This document shows, one piece after another, positions 33,101 through 45,300 of a DNA stretch of 64,000 nt. Position numbers and translations under genes: made by a program. Position 1 is the first letter of the stretch, and each line of letters begins with the position of its first letter. Where the stretch lies: positions 370,801 through 434,800 of the forward strand of contig NW_019091357.1 of NCBI RefSeq assembly GCF_001949145.1, written 5' to 3'. The stretch comes from Acanthaster planci. Lineage: Eukaryota. The notes under the pieces were generated by a model. It did no database searches. It was given only the letters and a program-made list of their open reading frames with translations, and had not been told where the DNA came from.

Positions 33101-34083
33101 CAGTCGAGCGTGCTTCGCGTAAGTGTGAGCACGAGCGGTTTCAGGCCCACATAAGTTGCCTGAATGCGCGATCATGATGCTAACGGTGACACGTCTTGTT
33201 CACATTTAGTATCTTAAAAATAATGCTTAGAAATGTTGATATAAACTCTCGAATGCATTACATGGCACAACAATCTCCTAATGAACGCAATAATCAATAA
33301 ACAACCCTCAAAATACAATAATCATTAAGCAATCAAACCTTAACTGTTAGGACTGAAGTCACTCCAATGTGCAAGCGCAGCAAATGACACTAGATCAGAC
33401 CCGCCAATTGTATTATGCATTATAACGGGCGTCATGTTGTGTGACTTGTACAACATCGTACAAATTTTGCAGTATAAAACATTACAGTGCAACCCAAAGC
33501 TTACATGCTGCAAATGGTTTACAAGAATGCTGAAAGATCTAGTTATTATTGCTATAGAGATAAATATTAACTCATGATACTGGTCTAACTCAAACTGTAT
33601 CCTAATACATGTATTTCTTAACTTTACGCTGCTACAATAGTTATCTCGTGAATGAAACATCAAACTCATTGTTTAGTTCTGATGTTGATATTTCTCCACA
33701 TTGTGCTATCGGGAAAGTAACTTTATGATAAACAAAGAAGAGTATATATACGTATATAAAGCACCACCGATCTCGGACAGCAACAGTTAGGCATACAAGA
33801 AATAAGTTAAACACATAAAAATTAATGTCTTCAATTACTGTCCTTACGCCATGTCGTTTGACACTGGCAACTTAGTTCCAACGGCTACGGCTACTCACCG
33901 TGCCGCCATATTGAGGAAAAAAACCGACTCGCAGCCAATTAACACCCGATTCCTGTTTCATTTTAAGCTCAAGGATTCAATCACTAAGATGGCCTGTGCG
34001 GCCACATCATACTAAACATGACGTCACGCGGCAATGCGCGTCAAAAGAAAGGTGCACGGTCCTCAACGGTTGGGTTATCCACC

Positions 34084-34309
34084 CGGTGGCGTAGCTGGGA
34101 TTTTACTGGTGGGAGGTACAAATGGGCACCAGCATCTCGGGGTACCAGCTTTCGGTAGTGGTTTTTTTTTTTGGGGGGGGCATGTTTTTGTTAGCCTTGT
34201 TCAGTATCCATTCCTCCGTTTTTTTCAGTGTGTGGAGGGGGGGCACTGGGAATTTGTGTGTGTGTGTGGGGGGGGCACGTGCCCCCAGGCCCCCCTGGCT
34301 ACGCCACTG
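34084..34309. mobile_element. hAT-like MITE (CAGTGGCGTAGC termini)
   Basis: cggtggcgtagc ... gctacgccactg; degenerate 8-bp TSD tatccacc / taaccatc (6/8); G/C-run subterminals. Confidence 0.8.
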
Positions 34310-35285
34310 TAACCATCCTTTGTTACGCAAACAGACCAGAAACAAAATAATGCAGCATAAACTATGTTATTAAAATTAGCTTGGGTCGGAAAAACAACGT
34401 TTCGCATTCAGCCGTTTTTACCCTGTGGTAGTAGTATAGAACTTTACAACTTGATCTCATACAAAAGAACTAAAGATTACATTTTTAATTTTGCTTTTAC
34501 AAAAAAGAGAGCAAATCGGAAGCACCAATACAGAGTTAAAGACACAATTCGTTCATTTATTTTCATGCATCTACGCATGCGCGAGAGATCACTGACAGTG
34601 GTTATGTGAGCGCGATGCAAAAGTAGGGTTTATATAGTTATTACGGTATTCATCATTTTGAATAATCAGCGGAATTCGCGTGTAGTGCAGTGTTCCAAGA
34701 AATTTGGAGTTAGTTTATAAAAACCTGACCAGGAATAAAAATAAAGAAACAGGCAGAGCGTCGGAGTGGAGATAACAATGACCTCAAGATTCTTTAGGAT
34801 AATAACATGGAACATTTCATGGCCAGTAGAGTCTGCGCGCGCAGTATCCACGAAGTACTTCAACACGAGTCGTCAATAGTTAGCGTCACGTGAAAGTTGC
34901 ATACTTGGATTTGGTAAGGACAATTTTGGGGCCAACTTACAGTCGTGGAGTAAGCGTCTAAAGTCGATAGTTGAAACACTGACGCCAATTCTGTGTGACT
35001 AGTTCGTACAGTTGCATATGAGGGGAAATGATGGGTAGTATGTATTGATCAACGCCTTTTTTCCACAACAGTACGTCCCTCAACCTTGTGCGTCTGCCTC
35101 CTTCATATTTCTCAACGAGGCTTACTCAAAATTGTCTTGTGTTGAGTTTTCCCACAGGAAGAACGTCCATACACATGTCGAAGGGTTTCGAGGTAGGGTA
35201 GGCTGTATTTTCTACATACATAATGCGCACAGTTTAAGGCAAACTTAGCATAGGGCTGTAATTGTGCACGTGATTGAAATCCAAA

Positions 35286-35438
35286 TCAGACTGGCACGCT
35301 GTTCCCATTGATCATGTCAGAGTCGACTTTGCCCCAGACACCGACCACGAAAGACTCGATCTGACACTCATTTTTGCCTCGCAGGATGCGAAAGTGGCCA
35401 TCTTCACCCCAACCTTTACCCCACGAGTTGGCTGCAAG
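35286..35438 (-). CDS. TINAGL1: TINAGL1-like terminal exon 9 ([36 protein letters not shown]...VPV*)
   Basis: Acceptor cctcag; NSWG..WGE.G.FRI.RG.NEC.IE papain-family motif; TGA at 35286-35288. Confidence 0.95.
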   Translation of the reverse strand, partial: LAANSWGKGWGEDGHFRILRGKNECQIESFVVGVWGKVDSDMINGNSVPV

Positions 35439-38400
35439 CTGAGGATGAAACGGAAAAAAGGGTGGTGTTAAACTTTACTTTTAATGACATTCCTCGGCTG
35501 AACAAATATCAACTACAGAGAGCTGTATGGTCGATTGATATTATCAAAGAAAATGGAGTTTTACGAGATCAGTGGAATGATTATCAAATGGCACTGTGAG
35601 GCCATCCAACGAAAACCAAGTAAAGGCACAGCGAGTACACGGCTAAAAATTGGAACAGAACGTGCACAAAAAGTATTGTCTTAAATTTGACCGCAGAAGG
35701 CGTTCACACGTAAACCTGTACCGCGCCGAGGGGAAGAGATGACTGAAGTTAACTTCAGCCTACAAAGTTCATGTATTTACCCAGTATTTTATAGGTTTTC
35801 CTTGAGATTTGTCCACACCCCAGCCAAGAAGCTTCACTGAATGCCAACCGGACGCTTTCTGCTCGTCTTTTGTCGCCATCTTGGAATGCTTGTAGACACC
35901 AAATTTGTACATAAAGAAGTCTTCCTGAACATGGAAGGCAGCTGTAAGAAATTAACAGGTCAAACTCTATCATCAACTTCAAGAACCCCTTAAACCTCAG
36001 ACATTTTTGTTTCTCTTTACTTTCAGAGTAAGAAGATGTTACACAGATTCGCACATTACTTTGATCAAAAGTAGCGATTAAAAGTCAATCACCTTGAACA
36101 GGTCCATTCATCAGAATTTCTGCCTTTATTTCCTCTTCCTGAAAAGTAAGGAAATGCAAAGATGAACGTTGGCACAGGAAAATGTCTCATTTCCCATCCT
36201 CCCCCTTTGAACTATAGAACACAACTGGACAGGGAACCAAGCTATTTATTCTCAACATTGGGACAAAGACTGCCCGTTTCCAATAATTAAAGAAGTCCTT
36301 ATCGGTGTAGAAAACAACACAATAATGACGGCCTACTGCATCGAACTTACGTCTTCAGAAATTCTGTAGGGTGGTGTTGAGAAGTATCTGTCACTCGTCT
36401 GGCGTTCCTTTGGACAAGAGTTAGACTGCTCACCCCGAATGTAGCAAGATCCCTTGTCCATCTTCATATCAAATGACATTCCACTCTTGTATGGATAACA
36501 GTCCGTGGTGACTACGCTGTTTTTGGAAGAAGAAAAATTTGGAGATGAATATCCAGTTTGTAGAGGGAACTAGCGTTCTCTCTATATGGGGTTTGCACTC
36601 ACCCTTTCTTGCGCAAATACCACCACGCACGGTCAAGATGGCCGCCATGGCAACCTTGCTGTCGTCTGATGTTACATGACAGTAAGTGTTGGGGTGACAA
36701 GGCCATAGCGATGGTACCGTTTGATTGGATGGCAAGGCGATCGGATGCAACAGCTGAGCAGATGGACACATATGAAATAAAGGACAGAGGTGATTTTCAA
36801 TGAATAGGAGTCACCTCAGTCACGTAGCCAATTTTGAGTATTTCTTTTCAACAATGAACTGAAATGAACTTATTTTTTGGATTTGGCATTTTTGTACTGG
36901 ATCAGTTTTTGTCTAAAACCCTGGACTTGATTCCCATTCAGTGCAAAACCTACTCAGCGTCTAATGTAACCTCATAAAAAATCGCCCGCTGAACTACGGA
37001 GGGTGTCATGACGTCACTAGCCTCATGAGGTGTGATGACGTCAGTGCTGGGCTTTCTTGAGTCATCCGTGGGTGTTAAGACTCATGAAAGGGACCACCTT
37101 CAGCAGAAGAATTCTTTACTTTTGCTTCGTCAAAACGCGTTGACCAAAATTGTCAAATGACACGATTTGTCTCTCAACTGATTCGGGATTACTAAAGACA
37201 AATATTTTGTCTAACGAAATGTCAATATAATTTAGTCCCCGTATGAACCACAAGCTGGACGAAGAGAGGTACAGTTTCCCAAGTAACACAGGTTCCTTTG
37301 GTAAGAACTACATTTCGCTGGTTCACAAACGACTATGAAAAGCACGCGTTGCGGTCGCACCGCCACCAACAAAATGAGCACTCCCGACCAACATGGCTCT
37401 TTTCAACCGATGAGGTTGTGCTTCTGCTCGAGGCGGATACTTACAAGCAGTTGAGAGGGCCCAAGAGCTAGCGCAATCTCCCTGATTCAAAACTTCATCT
37501 CGTAGACTTGGCCACTTATCCCGAGCATCAAATTCCTCAGGGATGTCCAAGGAAGCAGCGTCCATTTGGATTTCGTTCATGGCTTTGACTGCAGCCGTAG
37601 GCTTCATCGTTCCCAGCCGAAATTGAAATCCCTCGGCTAAAGTCATGCCCCAGAACTCAGAGTAGTTACCTGCCGTCCATCTAAAAAGAAAATAGATGGA
37701 TTTTCTCTCGTCAAATCTGGCATGGTATTTGGCGTAATTACCAGTTTCAGAAAATCTACTGCTCATCTGAAAATTGTAACGCATTACAAGCATTATTTTG
37801 TTTGTTCGATAAAATACAGAAGTGTCACCCCATGTCTGTCATTCTTATCCTGTCAAATAACTTAATAAAGATGATTAAACACGCCAAACTTATAAACTTC
37901 TAGTAAAGAGATAATCAACATTATTGGTTACAAAATGAACTTTATGCTTTTACTTGTATAATTCAACCAAAAAGCATCAATTTTATCAGACAAAAGCTTA
38001 TGGGCGATGTTGTAAATTCTCAGTTCCCTGATGCACTTCTTACAATTTGACAAAATTAGAAGTTTTCGAAGAAATATCTGTGTTGCGACGAAATCTTTTG
38101 ACTTATTTTCAATCCCTGTTATCGATAATTTCTGCCCTTGAAATCACATGACTCAAATGTTGCTATTCCACACGCAACCAATGCCATGAGCTGGTCAAAG
38201 ATCAGAAAAGTGCGAAGGTTTCAAACCTCGTAGCTTGATTCTAACATTCTATAAACAAGAAGCTGATTTACGAGTTGTTTAATTGTGTTTGGTAGAGGTT
38301 GGTCTGCGGGCACGAAAAAAGTCAGCATTTTGCAAGTCTACTTTGAAACAAAAGAGGGGTGTCAACTTAGATGATACAGAGAGTTCCATATTTCCAAAGT

Positions 38401-40465
38401 CGATTCCTTTATTTCTTCGACAGTGAAAAACAAACGCCAGCTATAACCTCTTGACTGATAAATGGGTCAACAGATATTATTCATATTTAATGAACATTAC
38501 ACTTATACAGTGTTTATTTTTGGGGAGAGAACTACTCTCGGAAGGGCTAGTATGTAAGTTACTTGACGAAGATTTCTAACTCTCTTTCAGCGTGGATAGG
38601 TTCCCCAGGCAATTTTTAAACATCAGACACAGTCCGTATAACAAACTGTGGTGTTATCTCCAAGTGGAAGTTGTTTTGAAACATGGAGTTCCACCAATGA
38701 CGGTAGGGGGGCCGAAACTGAAACTTGGCAGGGGAAAACAATTATTGTTCGGTGATAGTTGCTATGATTCCCAGTAGATTAGTCGGAAAGCCACAAAAAG
38801 AGGCAGTTTAGTGATCGTGTTTTTACTGGGAATCCCAGAAACTGGAAATGGTAGGATGGCATTGTGTAGGAATAATGTAAAACAAAATTCAAAAGGACGA
38901 GGATTTTCTGTAATTTCCACACCAAACTGATGAGCGTAAGAAACCTTAGAGGGTATGTCTCATTATGTACCATACACAACGCTTTTTGCACGGTACTGAA
39001 ATCATCGAGATCGAGCAATCCAGACACAGTCTGAGGAAAAGTTTAATACAAGAGAAAAGGGGAGGAAGATAAAGCAATAAGATGAAGGGGAATAAATACA
39101 TAAAGTAAAAGCAATAACTCACCCAATTTCATTGACGTTAACTCTTTCTGCCACCTCGGGCTGGACAAGGCAAACTTTAGCCTCGCAATCGAAGCCATAA
39201 AATCCGTATAGCAACTTCTTACAGTAGCTGAAGAGAAAGAGGACAAATTCTCAATGCCGGAAAATTGATGCACCTGCTTCCCCTAACTTAATATAATTGG
39301 ATGTGCCTTCCTGCTAGGCCTATTTGACGAACTTTAACGCCTACGACACCTTAGAAATTAGATTAAAACACGACTGGGGTACATCTCTGGTGTTAAAAAT
39401 CAGGTTTTTATTTATGTTGAACTTGTTACAGCAACTTGTGCTCTGTGTGAGTAANNNNNNNNNNNNNNNNNNNNNNNNNNNNNNNNNNNNNNNNNNNNNN
39501 NNNNNNNNNNNNNNNNNNNNNNNNNNNNNNNNNNNNNNNNNNNNNNNNNNNNNNNNNNNNNNNNNNNNNNNNNNNNNNNNNNNNNNNNNNNNNNNNNNNN
39601 NNNNNNNNNNNNNNNNNNNNNNNNNNNNNNNNNNNNNNNNNNNNNNNNNNNNNNNNNNNNNNNNNNNNNNNNNNNNNNNNNNNNNNNNNNNNNNNNNNNN
39701 NNNNNNNNNNNNNNNNNNNNNNNNNNNNNNNNNNNNNNNNNNNNNNNNNNNNNNNNNNNNNNNNNNNNNNNNNNNNNNNNNNNNNNNNNNNNNNNNNNNN
39801 NNNNNNNNNNNNNNNNNNNNNNNNNNNNNNNNNNNTGCAGAAAAAAGAAATTTTAGCAAAGAGTCTGCTTGCGAAACATGAGTGCAGTGCTTGCCTACTT
39901 ACCAACGATTACAGTTTACTTTGATGGATTTACCCTCTTCAATGTCTTGCCCGTCATGACAACAAGTGCCTGTGTCAAAACAAAAAGAGTTAGCAACTAG
40001 GACAAAGAACAGAGAATTTGACACCTTTGGTTTGGTCCAACATATCGGATGTGTATTATGTTCAACCTGAGAATTAATTCAATCACTTCTTTGCTCAAAT
40101 GAGCTTCAAATTTGAGAGGCTTTGGGGCAATTGTGTGTCATCAGTTAACAGCGTCGGTGTTAGGACAACTCATGCCAAACTTTACCTTTAACGATGGGTA
40201 CAGGCGGTTCAATTCCCAGACAGTACCCCCAGAAATCTGGGCAGCAGTCAGTCTGAGTTCGGTTGCAGAATTGGTCGCAATAGCACCGCGTACTCGGCAA
40301 CAGAGCCGGATAAGGCATATGACAGTCATCATCCCTACCGATACAGCACTCCCTCTCCTCGCAGTAACGGGCGGTAGATGGCGCTACACATAGCAATAGG
40401 ATGACAAGGAGAATCGGTAGGAGGAAGAGGGATGCCTGGTAACCAGGTGAGCTCAGACGCGTCAT
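35286..40465 (-). CDS. TINAGL1: Tubulointerstitial nephritis antigen-like (TINAGL1/Swim-like) secreted, catalytically inactive peptidase C1A (cathepsin B-like) protein, whole gene span (9 coding exons, 1365 nt, 454 aa)
   Basis: Exons 40186-40465, 39903-39969, 39123-39227, 37445-37680, 36603-36753, 36351-36516, 36093-36138, 35781-35941 and 35286-35438 splice in frame. Features: signal peptide, somatomedin-B-like CC.GRDDDC...CYCD.FC....[18 protein letters not shown]...[42 protein letters not shown] and ANSWG. Confidence 0.95.
35781..35941 (-). CDS. TINAGL1: TINAGL1-like exon 8 ([16 protein letters not shown]...[11 protein letters not shown]...KYW)
   Basis: Acceptor ttacag, donor TGG|gtaaat; catalytic-His motif. 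Confidence 0.95.
36093..36138 (-). CDS. TINAGL1: TINAGL1-like exon 7 ([15 protein letters not shown])
   Basis: Acceptor tttcag, donor G|gtgatt; EI..NGPV motif. Confidence 0.92.
36351..36516 (-). CDS. TINAGL1: TINAGL1-like exon 6 (VVTTDCYPY...[10 protein letters not shown])
   Basis: Acceptor aaacag, donor GAC|gtaagt; CYPY and TPPYR motifs. Confidence 0.93.
36603..36753 (-). CDS. TINAGL1: TINAGL1-like exon 5 ([10 protein letters not shown]...LSPQHLLSC...[18 protein letters not shown])
   Basis: Acceptor gctcag, donor GG|gtgagt. Confidence 0.95.
37445..37680 (-). CDS. TINAGL1: TINAGL1-like exon 4 ([11 protein letters not shown]...[14 protein letters not shown])
   Basis: Acceptor ttttag, donor T|gtaagt; Ser at the catalytic Cys position. 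Confidence 0.95.
39123..39227 (-). CDS. TINAGL1: TINAGL1-like exon 3 ([35 protein letters not shown])
   Basis: Acceptor cttcag, donor GG|gtgagt; C....CLV.P motif. Confidence 0.9.
39455..39835. other. Assembly gap (N), TINAGL1-like intron 2
   Basis: Run of N. Confidence 1.
39903..39969 (-). CDS. TINAGL1: TINAGL1-like exon 2 ([23 protein letters not shown])
   Basis: Acceptor acacag, donor TG|gtaagt; NCNxCxC motif. Confidence 0.9.
40186..40465 (-). CDS. TINAGL1: TINAGL1-like coding exon 1 (signal peptide and SMB-like Cys-rich domain)
   Basis: ATG at 40465 with an in-frame upstream TAA at 40502-40504; hydrophobic [16 protein letters not shown]; donor G|gtaaag. Confidence 0.93.
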
Positions 40466-42079
40466 CTTTATTTCAGTGTCTTGGAGATTAAGGATAAGCA
40501 CTTAGATGGGCTTGCAGCCTGTTTTAGCGATGGTCTCCACTGGGCATTCGTGAGAAGAAGTTGAAGCTTTACATCGATTACTGAAGATGGGAAGTCATCA
40601 TCTGCCAATGAAGGTGAAAAGATAGCGTTTAAAAAAAGGTGACAAGGTTAGGCAAACATAAGTGTAAAGGGTTAAATATCAATGGCTTGAAAATGTCATT
40701 TCCTCCAGTATTGTCCTGTTCTGTGAGGACGAAAGCACAGCTTCACATACGAGGTCGAAATTAACTTTAAAGTACGTTTTACCCCTTCTACTTTAAACCC
40801 CCCTGCATGTCTCGATTCCTCTCAATTCACCAAAGCTTGAGTGTTAAACCTCCAATTTTCGTCAACTCTGCGGAAGACGAAAACCGAAACTGTAAACTAA
40901 TTCCGGTAACACTCCTGAAACTACCAAACAACAGGTGCCGTGCGAGAACTCAAAATCATAATCTGAAGAATCGAGCGCATGCGCATCAACTCTGAACCAA
41001 CAGCATCCCAGAGAGTTACCACTTTTGAGGAAACTATGGAAGTCATGTACATGCATGTTTCATTGACTGGAACGTGTTATAGAGCCCTTCAACTCAACTC
41101 TTTCCATGTGTAGCTTGCTAACAGCGGAATTAATCCGTTTGGTTACTTTTGAATTACAACGGAAAGGCATTATCCATACCAGTCAAAATTCTTCGTGAAA
41201 GATTACAATTCATTTCAACACAGTTTGTTGTGGGGGTGAGGGAAAAAAAACTTCTGCACTTCACACGTTACTGCGGAGGCTGAGGGTTCACCTTCACCTT
41301 TCATGACCGGAGAAAAGACTCCACATCTCTTACACCCACGCCTACGCCAGCAAGGAAAATTAATGTCTGTTTGACGTAGGAAAGCCTTTTCTGGTCTGAG
41401 AGCGAGATAAATATTTTAAGTATTTGATCGGGGGTTATCGAATAACTCCTTCTGCTCGTTCCTTGTTAATCTGTCCAGATCCTCCATTTATGAAAAGCAT
41501 TCCATTCTGTCGGTTTCAGCATAACTACAGGACAGCGTCCTCCGCGTGTTTGCATGATTTTCCCCAATTCAGGAATGTTGAATCAACTGCGGTGTGTTAT
41601 TATTGCACCGTGCTGATTTGGTGCTTTGTTGAAAGCACGCATGATCACACGCACGAGCATGGAGGTCGCAACGAGCCAAGAAAGTAGGATGCGCAATTTT
41701 GTTGCAAGAACAAACTAGGCACAAGCAAATCGTTCCTTGACAAGTAGTTGCCAGGATTTATTCTTCAGCCATCATACCACTGTTCATTACGGTCGAGTTG
41801 CGCCGTTGACATCCTCTCAATTGCCAGAGTTCAGTTCATAACACCTCAGTAATCCAAACAACACTTTAACAGACGAATCGAATTACTTGGTTCGAATCGA
41901 ATTGCATGATGTCAATCCAGACGATCGAATGACAGGTGTCAAATGTCGTCCTTATTTTCACGAAGGGGCGGGCATGTGCCATTTTGAAGACAGAAGTTCA
42001 AAGGGTTTAAAATTATTCATCCGCCTATTATTAGTATTTTATTTAAAGCAATGAGTGGCTCAAAGTTTCTGCGTAAGAC

Positions 42080-42363
42080 CAGTGGCGTAGCAACGGCTCT
42101 TTTCACGGCGAGAGCAATAAGAATTCCGGGGGGGGGCATTTTTCCCCTTGCCCCCCCAGCTATGCAGGTGAGTTTGTGTGATGAACTCCTCTTTTAAGAA
42201 CCTTGTTACTTAGGTCTTATGTCCAGACTAAAAAAATCAACACATTACAGATGGCGTGGCAACAGCTCTCCCGGTAAAAGCCCCAATTTTTTGGAAGGGG
42301 CAAGAAAAGGGGGCAGAGTTCCCGCGGGTTGCCACCCCTCCCCTGCTCCTGGCTGTACCACTG
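42080..42363. mobile_element. hAT-like MITE with a perfect 8-bp TSD
   Basis: cagtggcgtagc ... gctgtaccactg flanked by CGTAAGAC at 42072-42079 and 42364-42371. Confidence 0.9.
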
Positions 42364-45300
42364 CGTAAGACAGACCCAGTTAAATTACTCTTGTCGGATA
42401 ATGGGCATTGTTTGATTTCGTATAAGAATCCCAATTTTAAAACCTCATTTTCCCGACTTCTGACAGCTTCTTGTCTTCAAGAGGACAAACTGAATCGAAG
42501 AGCACTCATCCAAACACCTATAGCCCACCTGCAGAGATGGTTTATCCTTTTGTGTCAGGAAGAAATTCTCCTGACTTAGGAATGTCTGGTATTTCAGGTC
42601 ACCTCGATGCCTGTCCCTGGGAACAATGGGAGAAGCTTTTGTTTGACAACATTTCGAAGACCAGGGCATGCTGTTATGACTGGAACGTTTTGATTTATAT
42701 TTCGTAAGTCTACACACACATTGCCGTGTGAAAGATCGTCAGGTCTTGTTACTTAAAAAAAAACACCTGTGGAGGAATGAGAAAACTCAAGGACGGAATC
42801 TCATCCGATTCTCTTGAAATTACACAACCACGATAAAGCTCTGGAAAAGTAGCGTGAAAATAACATTAAATTGTTTTAAATGGCTGAAATCAAGTAAGGA
42901 TGATTCGAGTATCCCAAACAACCCTTATCCACATTCAGTGAAAACTTTTGGTTGTGTGTAAGTGAAAAACCCAGTTGTTTCAACCTTGGTTATCTATCAA
43001 ACAAGGCTGTCGAACGCCCAGCCAAAATCCGATGTGCCTTGGGCTCATCGGCGGAAAACTGCCAATCTACACTTTCAACGATCAATCATTCAGAGATTTT
43101 CTGGAGGGGAAAGAGTGCAATTTTTCGAGTTCGACAGTCCAGGAATGACTTAGCCTGCCGTCCTTGCTGTAAAAAAGTAAGCTGATTATGATGATTGACA
43201 TTTGGTATAATCGCCTTTAAAAAGGCATATTTTGTTGCGGTAGGGTGGACTTGAGGGTAACTTTCCTATCCAAAAAAAAAACAAGCGATCGCAATCTATG
43301 ACAGACGTACTCTCTGTGTTGTTTGATATTTTGCTATGCGCGGCTGGCCAACTAGTTTAATTAAGTAACTTTTTGTGGTATTTCAGTTGGTGAACTATGA
43401 AGTTAACTCAAGATGGGAACACGAGATCTTTGCACTTTGATAAAAGCAGATATTCCCCAAACTTCACTGGTAAGATTCTGGAATGCAATTCGACCCAAGC
43501 AAAAAGGTAGAAATTGTTCTGGGTTCCGACAACAGAGAGAAAGCAGTGAGAGCACTATGATTCCTTCGCTGAACAGACTTCTGCACAAAGACTATGTCAA
43601 CTAACATTGATCAATAATTCTCCTGTATTCTCTAAAATGTTCAGGAAGGTTTGAAAAGAAATCAATCCGACTCGGGTGCCTTAAAAATGATGCAAGACGG
43701 TGCATGGATATTGCAAGTTGGAAACTTCGTCTGCACAACCTGCTGGGAAGATACAACCAGTCTATTTCGTTCTAAATAAGGCAACAATGGTCGCTGCAGG
43801 CTGTCACGTGACTGCGGTACAATCACTAACCTAACCTCTTTTATGCAGCTGGATATCCGTCCTAAATCATACCTTAGGCCGACATTCAGAATGTTAATTT
43901 CTAGGGTTGGACCTTAACCCTACATATCCAGGGCAAACATCGCTATGCGCGCAGAGAGATATAGCTGGGAGGTTTTTTTTTTAGGTTCCGTCCTCCCCGA
44001 AGAAACGGTTTTGCCCGTCAGAGAAGGCTAAGCCAGGGAGCGACAACATGAGCCGTGGCGTGTTTGTTGACTCAACGCAGAGGGAGGATTTTGTGAGTCG
44101 CCCCGGGCAATGTTTGACCAAACTGTGGCGAGGTTCCACAGGGTAGCTCAACTCTAAAAACAGTTTTTGACAGCTTGTGCAAAAGGGTTCCGAATAAAAT
44201 AAGGTGCAGTAAAAACTAAATTTTGCATTTCACACGAACACAGAGGATAGTTTGAGCTGAGAAGGTTGTGAATAAAAAATATATCTTTTTACGGGAAAAA
44301 TTCGCTTAGTTTTGTCAGTTTGCAGCCGATGTACGCGTACCAGTTGAATGTATCAACTCCGACGCCGAGTGTAACTATAAGGTTTGAAGGGAAAAAGTAA
44401 AAGACGGTTTAGGAGTTACGTCAATAGTATATCAGCCTCAGAACTTTAAGTTCGCCACAATGATTCAAATTACTGTTCAAGAATTAAACAAACACATCTT
44501 GTAGGTCGTTCAGTACTTTCTGAAAAATCTGTTGCTGTAGGCTATAAAATGTTTGGAAGATGCCAATTTCAATCAAGATCGTCGTTTATCAACAGTTCGC
44601 GCAGCCAGTGACAAAACAACTTTTGTGTTCCCAGAACTGCCTCAGAAAAAATGCTTCCATAATCAAAGGAATTTTGTAAGTTTTGCATTTTTCTTCTCAC
44701 TACAGATAAGACCTATCTTAATTTTGTCACGTTCTCTTCAGTGCTCAATCACCCTGGGCACAAGGCGATGCTAATATGTTGGGACGGCACCAACTGGAGC
44801 CAGTGACGACTGGTAGTTGGGAACAAGTGTGGACAGATGAGGTCATCTGGGGTCAATGACAACAATAGCTCCATCCGCAAGAAGGGATCTAATTCAAGAC
44901 GGTACCAAAAGTGTCATGCGTGAAGTTTAAGAAAAAAATGGAATCTGGTGTTCAGGAAAGATGTGAGCGAACACGGCAGGTAGAAGGAGGACACTTCGAA
45001 TTCTCTCCCTATTTGACACTGTGTGCGACACATAATTCGTCATGATTACCCTCACTTACTGCCAATTTTCCAGACAGTTGGGCAAATCACCTCGGTTCGT
45101 TGACCTTTCTGGTATTTCCATTCGAAATCGGTCGAATTAAAAATCATGATCTATGAACACTGACCAAAACGTTCAGTTATGAACAAGAATGTTCGCGCTG
45201 AAACGAAAACAAGGTTTTGCCCAGGTGAGCGGGTTCGGTTGTTCCATAAAACACCCCATAAGGTGAAGCTTTGATGATAAAGAACAATGCAAATAAAAAC

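Noticed and set aside
38430..38460. SRGYSWR peptide as a TINAGL1-like exon
   Set aside because: Exon 3 (39123-39227) already splices in phase to exon 4, so this is a chance match.
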